Below, one piece after another: positions 1 to 12,058 of a stretch of 64,000 nucleotides of DNA (position 1 is its first letter; each line of letters starts with the position of its first letter). The notes under the pieces are model-generated. The model had not been told where the DNA came from. It saw only the letters and a list, made by a program, of their open reading frames with translations, and did no database searches. The stretch is taken from contig CATNEN010000039.1 of the NCBI GenBank assembly GCA_950097015.1, positions 2,108,001 to 2,172,000 on the forward strand, read 5' to 3'. A program made the position numbers and the translations under genes. This DNA is from Macrostomum hystrix. Taxonomy: Eukaryota; Animalia; Platyhelminthes.

Positions 1-185
1 CACCATCCGATATGTATAAAAAATTAAAACAAATACTAAAAACTATTGCAGATTCAAAAAGCAGCGCCAGAGAGCTGTCACTGACGGTCTTAGCTAAGTC
101 CTAACAATGCTCAGTCAATGCTCGCTGCTGTAATACTAATATTAGTTAACTCGAATAATATACTTCATTACACTTGCCACGATCG

Positions 186-458
186 GGACAGATGTGCAGC
201 CGACAGCGCAGCCGCAGCTATTGCGCGGTGAATCTGAAGGCTGCTTACGGCAGTTCAGTCCATGGACTGGGAGGACGCCACACCTACCCTCAATTACCCC
301 TGCTGATGCTGGTACCCATTTAACAACTGGGTGGACTGAATCAATGCATAGTTAAGTGTCTTGCTAAACGATACGGACTGTTTAGTGGAGTAGGAAATCG
401 AACCCCCGACCTTCGGGTGGTGAGTCCGGGGCTCTAACCACAAGACTACAACCCCCAA
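186..458 (-). mobile_element. tRNA-headed SINE, family 1
   Basis: Minus strand reads A-box-like GTGGTTAGAGC, B-box GGTTCGATT, then gcaagacactt...cagtccacccagttgttaaatgggtaccagc...ccatggactga. Homologous copies lie at 29985-30170 (-) and 41962-42215 (+). Confidence 0.75.
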
Positions 459-1374
459 CAAGGCTACAACTACTTATAGTACTACTTATAAGAAGAAATC
501 AATTTAAGCATCCAAGTCTCGGTGTTGCTGACCATTAGCTTGCTCCAGTCGCTAAGGTAACATGTCTTTTCATTTATCATAAGGACATTTTATTGTTAAA
601 AAACAAAATTTGACATTGAGAACTGGCCAAACACAGAGGCATAGCAAGCAGGTGTGGATTTTAGTCAATTAAAAAACGGGCTAGCATATATATCAAACAG
701 AAGACCAGAAAAGAAGCTGGCCCGCACTAAAAGTGCAAAGAATTGTTTCAATTGAAACGGTTTCTAAAGAATTTTCATATTCATAATTCCATGAAGCATG
801 CAGTTAGTATTCAAATGACCAGTCGATAATGAATAAAAAAATGCCGGACTTCAATTACCAGCAATAGACACTGGTTTTAGTCGCCGCATGACACTCGACG
901 GGTCTTCTATTAGTGCGAAGCGAAGGCAAGTACTCTGGTGACAGAAGCACTCACCATCACTACCAGAGCCAGATAGAATACATAGAGCTAGCAAAACACA
1001 AACCAGGCAGGCAGAGAAGCTCCCAAAATAGCATTCAATCAACTAACAGAGGACTCAAAGCAGAGTGGGCTGAAAACAAAGACATGCGAGATCAGTACAG
1101 GTGGGGCTTGCTACAGATCAAACTCAAACTGTACTGTTGGTCCGAGATATAAACTATTTTTAGTACTTAAGTAGCAAGTGCAGAAGGAGGGACATGTGGG
1201 ATAAATAGGAAGCTAATTAGCATTAAAATGGGCTGGAAGCTAAATCTAATCTTTAAAGAGTAAGTCCAAATTAACCACTACACAAAGCAGGAAAGGCAGA
1301 AAACAAGCCTCAATTTTAGGCAATTGGTTGGTTAAAACAAAACAAATGAAATCTAAAAACCCTAAAGTCTAGCC

Positions 1375-1741
1375 AGGGGATGTGAGGAGTTTGGAAACCT
1401 AGCCTGAGGATCTGGGAAGGTTGGAAACCTAGCCTGAGGATCTGAGGAGGTTGGAAACCTAGCCTGGGGATCTGGGGAGGCTGGCAATCTAGCCTGAGGA
1501 TCTGGGGAGGTTGGAAACCTAGCCTGAGGATCTGGGGAGGTTGGAAACCTAGCCTGAGGATCTGGGGAGGTTGGAAACCTAGCCTGGGGATCTGGGGAGG
1601 CTGGCAATCTAGCCTGAGGATCTGGGGAGGTTGGAAACCTAGCCTGAGGATCTGGGGAGGTCGGAAACCTAGCCTGAGGATCTGGGGAGGTTGGAAACCT
1701 AGCCTGAGGATCTGGGGAGGTTGGAAACCTAGCCTGAGGAT
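1375..1741. repeat. 30-bp minisatellite (ttggaaacctagcctgaggatctggggagg), about 12 units, 3' of TMEM161
   Basis: Direct tandem periodicity visible in sequence. Confidence 0.95.
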
Positions 1742-1833
1742 TGTAAAATGGGAGTATATAATTTCGGTAGGTAAGGAAAGCGGGAGCAGACTATCCAAGG
1801 ATCCAAGGATCATCGTGGACTCCACAGACGTCA

Positions 1834-4800
1834 TTACAATTGCGACTGTGTCTGGAAGGCCAGGCCAAACATGGAGGTGACAAAAGTGGCGAACAGGGAC
1901 CAGAACAGGCCGAAGCTCAGCAGGCCACCGGCGGTCTGCGGCGAGGCCAGAGAGCGCAGCTCGTCAACTTTGCCGGTGAGCTCAGAAACCAGCGGATCGT
2001 CGGCGTAGGCGCGCAGCCAGTCCGGCATGACATTCCAGGCCGACGAATTATTCGATTGGCTGGCATTGGAGCGAGCCAGATTGTACAGAGGCAGGTGGTC
2101 GGAGAGGCGGCCAGAGTCCCAGCTGCAGGCTGAGAGGGTCTTGAAGAGCAAGGCCAGGAACAGGTGAAGGGCCAGGGGGCACAGGTATTGCAGGGCCACA
2201 ACGCCCAGGAAACGGTTTACGTGGGATACCTGCGAGCCGGAACAGGGATTTTAATTGAATTGAAGCGTTATTGTTTTTAGTCAATAATCAATGCTTTAGT
2301 GAGGCCAGTACAAAACCAGGCTATCCCAAACCTGCTCCTGCAGATCTCGATTGTTGATACGACCAGCCTCGCGGTTGAGTCGGGCCAGCTTGGTTGAGGC
2401 CGAGTATAGGAAGGCCTGCAGGTGGCCAGGCATGCACAGCAGCCGCAGCAGGCAGAGGAGCAACACCGCGTACACCTGCGGAAAAGCAGGGAATGCATGG
2501 GATTCTGCCAGATGATGCACACCTGGTGACTGTACATTCCAATTGGGGATCTGGGTTGATTAGTATGTCACATTGGGTATCAGGGTTAATTAGTATGTCA
2601 CATTGGGGATCAGGGTTAATTAGTATGTCACATTGGGTATCAGGGTTAATTAGTATGTCACATTGGGGATCAGGGTTAATTAGTATGTCACATTAGGGAT
2701 CAGGGTTAATTAGTATGTCACATCGGGGATCAGGGTTAATTAGTATGTCACATTGGGGATCTGGGTTGATTAGTATGTCACATTGGGGATCAGGGTTAAT
2801 TAGTATGTCACATTGGGGATCAGGGTTAATTAGTATGTCACATTAGGGATCAGGGTTAATTAGTATGTCATATTGGGGATCTGGGTTGATGACAGTGTTG
2901 AGTTAGGGATCTGGGTTGATGAGAGTGTCGAATTAGGGATCTGGGTTGATGAGAGTGTCGAATTAGGGATCTGGGTTGATGACAGTGTTGAATTAGGGAT
3001 TTGAATTGATGGCCGTGTCGAATTAGGGATCTGGGTTGATGGCCGTGTCGAATTAGGGATCTGGGTTGATGGCCGTGTCGAATTAGAGGCACTAGATAAT
3101 GATTTTATTTTATTGGCGATTGGGGTGTGATCGAAATTTCAGTAGAGACATGGACAATAAAGAGTCGAAAAGTAAAGTTTTTCAGGACCGTCACGTCCAA
3201 GCGAGGCAGCTGGGCAATAAAAAAACAATAAGCACGCACTTGAACGGTGCACAGGTCCACATTCGTGATGTTGCGTCGCATCGGGGTGAACCAGGTGAGA
3301 AGGCAGACCAGCGGAGAATAGAAGCTGAGATGATGCAGCAGCAGGGCCATCCGCCTGCTCATGGAGTCCAGAAGGCCAGTAGCATCTGGCTCCGCGGTGT
3401 CCGGTCCAACCAGGTCCCAGTAGACGCGCGAATGTCGAATAGCCGGATAGGTGACTAGAGCGCCATAGGCGCCGGCAAGCAATACCAGACCCGCCCGGAG
3501 CACCTGCAGTTGTTTCCGCGTGGCACCAGGAAAGATTAACTACGACTCTGTAAAAATCAGCTGCGATTCTGGGATATCAGCTGCGATTCTGGGATATCAG
3601 CTGCGATTCTGCGATATCAGCTGCGATTCTGAGATATCAGCTGCGATTCTGGGATATCAACTGCGATTCTGGTATATCAACTGCGATTCTGGGATATCAG
3701 CTGCGATTCTGCGATATCAGCTGCGATTCTGCGATATCAACTGCGATTCTGGTATATCAACTGCGATTCTGAGATATCAGCTGCGATTCTGGATATCAGC
3801 TGCGATTCTGAGATATCAGCTGCGTTTTCAGCACTTCTAGATGAAGGAATTCTAGATAATGCACATGTATAATTTGAGAGACTACTTCTTAAGAAGCAAT
3901 TTTAGATGATCAGAAGATTAGATTTTGAGCTACTCTGGCTCAGACTGATGTGATCAAGCAGCGCACCTGATTGTCCGAGAGCGGAGGTGAGTCCAAGCCC
4001 AGCTGCAGCACAGTGGGCGGCAGCACCAGCACACCCATAGACATGACAGTGTAGAAGAATGCGAATGTGACTAGCAGGACGAGCTCCGATGCGTTCTTGG
4101 AATACAGCCGAGCGATGGACAGCAGGCTGCGCAGGGCGAACCCGGCGCCCAGGAGGCACCAAACAATGGACAGGTTGGTCCGCTCACCAACGCCACCATT
4201 TAGGGCGCCATAGTAGAACTCTGTGACGCTGTAGACAATGCAGGCCATCATGCTGTAATCCAGGAGCCACTGCCAGTCAGGATAAAAGTGCAACTCGCGC
4301 AGATCCAGCTCCGTCTGACGACTCGTGACAAGCGGAATTCGAACAGACTTTGCCACCTGGTGCGAAGTGGGGAAATGCGGACTGATACGGATTAGAGTTA
4401 CAGCTTGACGGATTTGACAGTTACAGTTTGACGGATTTGACAGTTACAGTTTGATTGATTTGACAGTTACAGTTTGATTGATTTGACAATTACAGTTTGA
4501 TTGATTTGACAGTTACAGTTTGATTGATTTGACAGTTACAGTTTGATTGATTTGACAATTACAGTTTGATTGATTTGACAATTACAGTTTGACGGATTTG
4601 ACAGTTACAGTTTTATGGATTTGACAGTTACAGTTTGACGGATTTGACAGTTACAGTTTGATTGATTTGACAGTTACAGATTGACGGATTTGACAGCTAC
4701 AGCTTGACGGATTTGACAGCTACAGCTTGACGGATTTGACAGCTACAGCTTGACGGATTTGACAGTTACAGTTTGATTGATTTGACACTTACAGTTTGAC

Positions 4801-5359
4801 GGATTTGACAGTTACAGTTTGATTGATTTGACAGTTACAGTTTGACGGATTTGACAGTTACAGTTTGACGGATTTGACAGTTACAGTTTGACGGATTTGA
4901 CAGTTACAGTTTGATGGATTCGACAGTTACAGTTTGACGGATTTGACAGTTACAGTTTGATTGATTTGACAGTTACAGTTTGATTGATTTGACAGTTACA
5001 GTTTGACGGATTTGACAGTTACAGTTTGACGGATTTGACAGTTACAGCTTCAAAATGACATTTCCACTTCTATTTAAAGGATTTAGATGATTGAAGGTTT
5101 GCAGGGTCTGAGAGAAGTGCTAGTTTTCAAGTCAGTATTTTGTTACGAAGCCCAAGGTGCAACGCACCAGAAAAACTCCATCGCGCTCCGTGCGAGGCGA
5201 CTTTTTAATATTGGCCGCCTCCGCGATGGCGCGATCGCTAGGCGGCTTGATGCGACGCAGGGACAGAAGCAGCCAGCGGCCCACAGAATAGTGCCGGCTG
5301 ATGGTGGACAACACTGTCACCGACACCAGCGTGAACACCAGCTGGAAGCCGAACACAGC
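1834..5359 (-). CDS. TMEM161: Transmembrane protein 161 (TMEM161A/B family)
   Basis: Exons 5359-5168, 4356-3967, 3503-3240, 2475-2332, 2229-1834, all phase 0 with GT-AG introns, 461 codons plus stop. AVFGFQLVFTLV...HYSVGRWLL, LHFYPDWQWLLDYS, YPAIRHSR, LQAFL and VVALQYLCP match TMEM161 motifs as I recall them. The initiator Met source is unresolved (see findings). Confidence 0.9.
2541..3090. repeat. 30-bp intronic minisatellite (cattggggatcagggttaattagtatgtca) grading into a variant unit
   Basis: Tandem periodicity in a TMEM161 intron. Confidence 0.95.
3557..3826. repeat. 20-bp intronic minisatellite (gatatcagctgcgattctgr)
   Basis: Tandem periodicity in a TMEM161 intron. Confidence 0.95.
4396..5050. 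repeat. 23-bp intronic minisatellite (ttacagtttgacggatttgacag)
   Basis: Tandem periodicity in a TMEM161 intron. Confidence 0.95.
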
Positions 5360-5802
5360 CTGCAGGTAGGCGGGTGCTTTGGCTGCCAGAAGTTGAATAG
5401 ATAGACGTAAATGCATCTAAAGGCTGCGCACAGCTGCTCTGTCCATGGACGGAGAAGAAAGCCACACCCACCCCACTAAAATGCGAACTAATGCTAACAG
5501 CCAAGTGGCTAGCTCAAGGACATACGGATTGCTACTTTGCTTAGGCTGAGGTCCGAACTCTAGACCTCTCAGTTAAAAGTCCTAACCGATGAAGAGGATG
5601 CCGGCGTCTTAGTTTATTCTTAGAAACGTTTTAAAAAGTTTTGAATCAGCGACTTAAGCTTCGCCTCTATAATCTATTAAATGCATCTTAGCCGAAGTTA
5701 CACTGTCTTAAAAACGGATCACGCTGTTTACTGTTTTACTGCTTACGACTTTGAACTTTTACCTTAAACTCTGGTCAGACCATTCCTTCTCGATCTTCCA
5801 GA

Positions 5803-6037
5803 CACAGATACCGTACACAGGCACACGCCTACACAGGTGCGTACATCTTCCCTTGACTTTCTCATCGTCAGGCAGTGTACACTCTCACTGTGCCTTGGAG
5901 GTTGGCACTCGATGGGCCGTAAATTGCAAGCCCCCAAGCCTTCTTTCCGCGGCTGAGCCCCAAAAATGTGGCCTCGCCGCGGAATCGAGCTCAGGGACCT
6001 TGGTGCGAGAGACAAACGCGATAGATCGCTCTGCCAC
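5803..6037 (-). mobile_element. SINE family 2 copy
   Basis: Shares caggtgtgtacatc..ctgactttctcatcgtcaggcagtgtacac..cgtaaattgc..ccgcggctg..ggaatcgagctca with copies at 15828, 20500, 24770, 37615, 57190, 57715 and 59180. Confidence 0.75.
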
Positions 6038-6631
6038 TCACTCTCCAATATTAGTGATTAATCCTCCCATTATTTAATTCTAGCTAATCGATAGTTATTT
6101 ATTGAACTTTAAGTGACCTCAATTTTGAGCCGACAGCTTCACAATTTTCTGACTCATTACATTTAGTATCAAGCACTGTAGTTCTTTTCGCAAAAAACTA
6201 TTTTTATAACTGCCAGTCAAACACGACCATTTCTATGACAGCATTTTTATAACTAACTACTCGAAGAAGTATTTGAATTAATTCAATAACACAGCTTGTC
6301 ACGGTAAAAGTTGCAATAGGGCTAACAATTGGGCCAGAACCTACTTAGCTGATCACTAGTCTATGTTCTTCAGTTTGCTCGCAATTAAAAGCACTGGCAA
6401 GGCGGATAGTACACAAACAAAGACTGCAAGCTAATGCTAGACTATTTATTTATCATCAGCAATAGAACACGGCAGTAAATATATGCACAGGGGTGAAATA
6501 GGCATTACAAGAACTTGTAACTATTGTGTGAGTTGCCTGAAACAGTAACTATTGTCCAGCCTAAACACTAGGGAGATGGGTAGAGTCATCGAGGATCAGT
6601 CGAAATCAGAGCCCTAGAAAGCAAAATGAAC

Positions 6632-6928
6632 TCAACGCGGCCAAGGCGAGGGCCGGTTGGTGCGCATGACAAATTTAATCTTTCTGGCTATCTCGGCGTC
6701 ATAGACGCGCTTGCATCTTTCGTACATCACTCGCCGACGCCATTTAGTAGGCGTCTCATAGTACACCTGACTATTGAAGGACTTCACGTAGCCGTCCTTG
6801 GATAGGATCCGCTGCAGTCCATTGAATGACAAGTCTAGGCCGCCATTAGCCTGATCAATAACCTTAACGGTGCGTTGGAGAAATTTGTAATTCCGAAAGT
6901 ACTGCTCGGGGGATAGGCGCGATGCCAT
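6632..6928 (-). CDS. MRPS21: Mitochondrial ribosomal protein S21 (bS21m), single coding exon, 98 aa
   Basis: KFLQRTVKV...LQRILSKDG...YYETPTKWRRR..YERCKRVYDAEIARKIKFVMRTNRPSPW matches the MRPS21 signature. ATG at 6928; ttgcag acceptor just upstream at 6961. Confidence 0.92.
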   Translation of the reverse strand: MASRLSPEQYFRNYKFLQRTVKVIDQANGGLDLSFNGLQRILSKDGYVKSFNSQVYYETPTKWRRRVMYERCKRVYDAEIARKIKFVMRTNRPSPWPR

Positions 6929-9079
6929 TGTCAGGACAGCTAGCTCTGGCACTCAATGGGCTGCAATTTGATTTAGCTATCAACAATAACCCAATTGTAT
7001 TGAGTCAAATGAGCTAAAAATATCACAGCGAATGTTTCACAATGAGATCAATTGCTAGTAAAACACAGCAGCTAGATTTTGTTTTTATGACTATTATCTT
7101 AAAACACAAAATCACAAAAAGAAAACATAAGGCTAAGCTTTTCAAGCCACAGATTATAAATTTAAAAAATGTATTATAGAATATATTAGAGAATCTGTGG
7201 TTCTAGCTACTTTCCTTGCTACTTGCAAAAAATTGAAGTTAATTATTAGTTAACTCCATTGTTATAGCATAAAATATCTGAATTCTGGGACCTAGGAAAC
7301 CATAATTTCTTTTGAATTCATGTGTATGTCTATAATTACTAAGTTGAACATCAACTGTGGACTGTGGTGTTAGACAACTCAGTAATATACTAGCTAGATC
7401 ATGTGACCTATAAAATTATTGGAACCAAGTTCTCTTTGTTTCTGATTTGAAAAGGAGCTATGCATTAAAAGCAACAATTTTATGCTTTATTTTGTACAGC
7501 TATCATAATTTTTTTAGAGATATAATTGTTATAAATCTTCTAATGGATATATATTAATTGAAACTAATAAAACTTGTGGTTCAATACTTACTCTTGAGAA
7601 TATTAATTTAGTTATTAAGCCATACCTATAAATATATATATGAATACTAGGATTCAAGTAAAGCTAAAATTTCACAGCTAACTTTTTTCTTCAATGCTGT
7701 TCACTAAAAGCACACCTTTGCTAAAAAATAATATGGCCTACCCTCAGTTGAAATGTAAGTATGATTCATGAATAATTTAGAACCATTTGGCTTCAAGTGT
7801 TTATATTATAATTTTATAGAAAAGTAAAATATGAATACTTAAGTCCTAGGCCCAACATTTTTAAGGAACATAAATCTGCAGTATTCAATCACTTCATTGA
7901 CATTTTGCCTTGATCCATACCTAATGGGGCCTAGCTAATGAAAATAGCTAATTTCATTTAAATGTGCCACAAGACTGCATAATTTCTATTAAGTAAAAAA
8001 TATATAATCAATCATTACCAATGCCATTTTGTAGTGTGCAGTCCATGGTAATAAAAGAATAATTTTTTATAGTATATACTTTGGACTAGGTGCCAGTCAA
8101 TTTGACAACAGGTTAATTTGGCGACAACTAATTTGGTGACAAGTAGGCCTATAGTTATTAAACTGAACAAAAAAGCCCTTTCAAAAACTCTGCCTGCTTG
8201 CTAAGATAGAAATAAATAAAATAAAACAAATTCTTGGCATCGTGGGTAAAGTATTAGTATTTGTTTCTTGAATCCTTTATGATGACTGTCTATGTAAAAC
8301 ACAACATAAAGCTAAAAAAAGTTAATTTTCTCTTGAAGTGATTCTCCAGTCCATACACTACAGTTAATTGTTCAATTAAGAAAAAATAATTACAAGAACT
8401 ATCAGCATTTGTGTTAAACTTTGGAATTGGAAACCTAAGTGAAGATGGCAAATGCATATACATATGGTATAAGAAAGTAAAGAACTGACAGACTGACTTA
8501 GCGTTATTAATAAAACTGTTTGAAACTAGAGCACACAACTGGCCCTGAATAGCTTTAGACTCCTCTTTGTCATAAAAACGCGATAACAAAGGTAGATATA
8601 TGATAGCACCAGTAACACAGAAGCTAGGCCTAATAATAATTTTAAAATAATGTGAGGATGCGACCACCAAAACTTTTATTCCTCAAAAGTAGAATTTACT
8701 ATTTTTCCATTCCTCTAATGTTTCAATTAATTGTGATAGATTTTTTATTAAAGTTTAAATTATGCAAAAAATAAGCGTCATATTAAGTTTGCAATTTCTA
8801 TGAGTAATATTAAAGTTAAAAAAATATATGTGTTACTTATGCCTAAACCTAAACGTATGTCGCGAACCGTATTTAAAAATTAAATGTCGCTGCTAATAAG
8901 TTTTTAGTTGAATTGCCGCTGCTTTTCCGAGTTACAACGTTGCATGTCCAAAGCCGTCGCCATTTTTCTTACAGCTACTTTAGTGAGAGTTCAAAACTAG
9001 TTATTTTATGCGCGTTACTTTCACACTGTGCTTTGTTAATATTTTGTATAATATAATGCTCTGTTGCTCTGCAGTTATA

Positions 9080-11634
9080 GTTATCCGCTGTATCGACGGA
9101 GATCACGTGAGGATGGCGGCTTTACCACTCGCATTATTCTACGCAGCCATGGGAATGAAGAGATCGATCTGGACAACAGATGGGTCGTTCCCTACTGCCC
9201 GCTACTGTCCAAGGTGTTCAATGCACACATCAACGTTGAGTACTGCAACTCTGTTAAATCAATCAAGTACATTTGCAAGTACGTGAACAAGGGTAGCGAC
9301 CAAGCGGTGTTCAACATTGAGGGACCTGGAGGCATAGTAAACGAATTTGACGAAGTCAATCGCTTCAAGAGCGGAAGGTATATCAGCTCCAACGAAACAA
9401 TGTGGCGAATCTTCGGATTCTCTATTCATGAACGCCACTCAACTGTCATGCACCTCAGTGTGCACCTGGAAAACGGTCAGAGAGTATACTTTACGGAGGA
9501 GAACATCCAGCAGCGTGCTCAAAGGCCACAGGACACTACTCTTACTGCTTTCTTCAAGTTGTGCGCTGAAGACCCCTTTGCCAGGACTTTGCTGTACCAC
9601 CAGGTGCCTGCCTATTACACATGGAACGCCTCTTCGAAAGGATGGAAGCGGCGGGTTCAAGGCGCTGCAGTTCCGGGCCATCCTGAAATACGACAGACTG
9701 ATGCATTAGCCAGAGTGTACACGGTGCACCCAAACCACCGTGAATGCTACTACCTGCGTATATTGCTACACACCGTGATTGGTCCGACGTCATTTAGACA
9801 CATTAGAACGGTGGAAGGCCATACCTGCCAAACTTTTCATGAAACATGTCAGCGACTGGGACTGCTGGAAGATGATGCTCAATGGAGAGCGACATTGGAG
9901 GAAGCGGCAACGGTGCGCTCACCAAGTCACCTGCGAGATCTCTTTGCCATCATGGTTGCCACCTGTGGTCTCTCTGATCCACTTCAGCTTTGGGAAACAT
10001 TCAAAGAACCCATGGCCGAAGACATTCTCTTCCGGGCGCGATTCGTGGTTCAGGAGCCAGAGTTGCCATTCACAGAAGCAGTGTTTAACGAGGCCCTGCT
10101 GCGCATTGAGGACAAGGTGCTGGAGTTGACCGATCGCTATCTAGATTCTTTTGGACTCCCAAAAGCAAACAGGACAGGACAACAGGACAACCTGTGCAGG
10201 GAGATGCTGCGAGAAAGAGGCTATGACCAGGAGCAGCTGGGACAGTTCATAGAGGAGAATGAGCCCCGACTCATGCCTGAGCAGCTAGAGGCGTACCGCG
10301 AGCTATTGCGCAGAGTCAACAACAACGTTGGTGGCATGGTTTTTCTTGATGCTCCAGGTGGCACAGGAAAAACATTTCTAATCAACCTCCTTCTGGCAAA
10401 GGTCAGGCAACGAGGCGACGTTGCCATTGCTGTAGCTTCCTCTGGAATTGCAGCCACCTTGCTGCCAGGCGGTCGCACTGCCCACTCAGCACTGAAGTTG
10501 CCGCTTGATCTGTCTCGAGCGGAGAATCCGCTGTGCAACATCAAGAAAAACACAGGCACTGCCAGAGTGCTTCAGGCTTGCAAGCTCATCGTCTGGGATG
10601 AGTGTACCATGTCCCATAAACTGGCATTTGAAGCACTCAACTTAACTTTGAAAGACCTGCGCAACAGCAATCAACTGATGGGTGGTGTCACTCTGTTGCT
10701 GTCTGGAGACTTTAGACAGACGCTGCCTGTGATTCCGCGTGGCACTCCTGCTGATGAGATTAATGCTTGCCTAAAATCATCTCACCTGTGGCCATCGGTT
10801 GTGAAGTTGCACCTACGAACAAACATGAGAGCTACAATTCAAGGAGACGAAACAGCTCATGAGTTCTCTGCCAATCTATTGCGAATCGGCAATGGTCTGC
10901 TGGAGATTAGCACCGAGGATGGGCAGTCATCGATCGCTACAATCGGAACCATTGTGCAGTCAGTGCATGAGCTCAAGGCAAAAGTTTACCCGAACCTGAT
11001 GGTTTGATATGCTGACGTTGACTGGCTGTCAGAGAGGGCAATTCTGTGTCCTAGAAATGATGCCGCCAACGAAATTAACTACCAACTGCTTCAGGAGTTG
11101 CCAGGTGCAGTTTTCACCTACAAGTCAATTGATACAACGTTGACTGATGACACCGCTGTGGAGTATCCTGTTGAGTTTCTGAACTCTCTAGATCCTCCTG
11201 GAACTCCATCGCACAACTTGCAGCTGAAAGTTGGGGCACCAATTATGCTCCTCTGCAACCTGAATGCGCCAAGGCTGTGTAACGGCACCAGACTGATAGT
11301 CAGGCGGCTCTTCCCACACGTGATTGAGGCCACGATAATGACTGGATCTGGCAGAGGAGAGTCTGTGTTCGTTCCCCGGATTCCAATTATCCCCACGGAC
11401 CTGCCATTTCAGTTCAAGCGACTGCAGTTCCCTGTGAGAGTGTGCTTTGCGATGACTATTAACAAGGCTCAGGGACAGTCGCTGAAGGTGGCTGGCATCA
11501 ACCTGGAGACTCCTTGCTTCTCGCATGGGCAGCTTTATGTCGCCTGCTCCCGTGTTGGAACTCCAGCTGGCCTATTCATTTTCGCACCAAGGGGAAGAAC
11601 GAAGAATGTGGTGTATCCCCAGGCCTTGAGGTGA
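9080..11634 (+). pseudogene. Helitron RepHel fragment (C-terminal Rep with KYICKYVNK Y2 motif, plus PIF1 helicase)
   Basis: Motifs YPLYRRR, DNRWVVPY, DAPGGTGKT (Walker A), IVWDECTM, GDFRQTLPV, AMTINKAQGQS and HGQLYVACSRV. One in-frame TGA at 11005-11007, with the same frame continuing to 11634. The N-terminal part is missing. Confidence 0.9.
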
Positions 11635-11786
11635 CTCGCAAGCAATTAATAGAAAAGTAGTCACGAATTGACCTTGACCTGTCTAACTCTGAACTCTGAA
11701 ACAGTTTAATTTTGTTTCTTTGACATTGTTATTGTTATGCCATGGCTATTTTCCTTATGTATACGCGTGTACATGCATACTGTATA

Positions 11787-12058
11787 CAGAGGCAGATTTA
11801 GGGGGGGGCGGGGGGCAGTCGCCCCCCTAAATTTTAATCATGGGAATAAGATGCCCCCACCAGGGGCGCCAGTCGCAGCACTGGCGCCCCTTTTCGGCCG
11901 CTGGCGCCCCTTTTTCAGCCGCTGGCTCCCGTTTTTCAGCCGCTGGCGCCCTTTCTTGGCTCCTGGCGCCCTTTTTCGGCCGCTGGCACCCCCTCTGTGA
12001 TTCTCATGGCGCTCCCCTGACAGACCGCCCCAAAACAAAATTCCTGGATCTGCCACTG
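11787..12058. mobile_element. hAT-type MITE (272 bp) nested in the Helitron 3' region
   Basis: Imperfect TIRs CAGAGGCAGATTTAGG / CCTGGATCTGCCACTG. Perfect 8-bp TSD actgtata at 11779-11786 and 12059-12066. Internal ccgctggcgccc repeats. Confidence 0.85.

Noticed and set aside
380-458. tRNA-like A/B boxes (also near 5545, 30110, 39080, 41965 and 56140)
   Set aside because: No complete cloverleaf; they are heads of SINEs or decayed SINE fragments.
8290-8670. 126-aa ORF in an AT-rich region
   Set aside because: Non-ATG start, AT-rich codons unlike host genes and no recognisable motif.
9064-11007. Host PIF1 helicase gene
   Set aside because: Intronless, fused to Helitron Rep motifs, carries a nonsense codon and ends in a Helitron terminus; the ORF-track start lies in duplicated host sequence.
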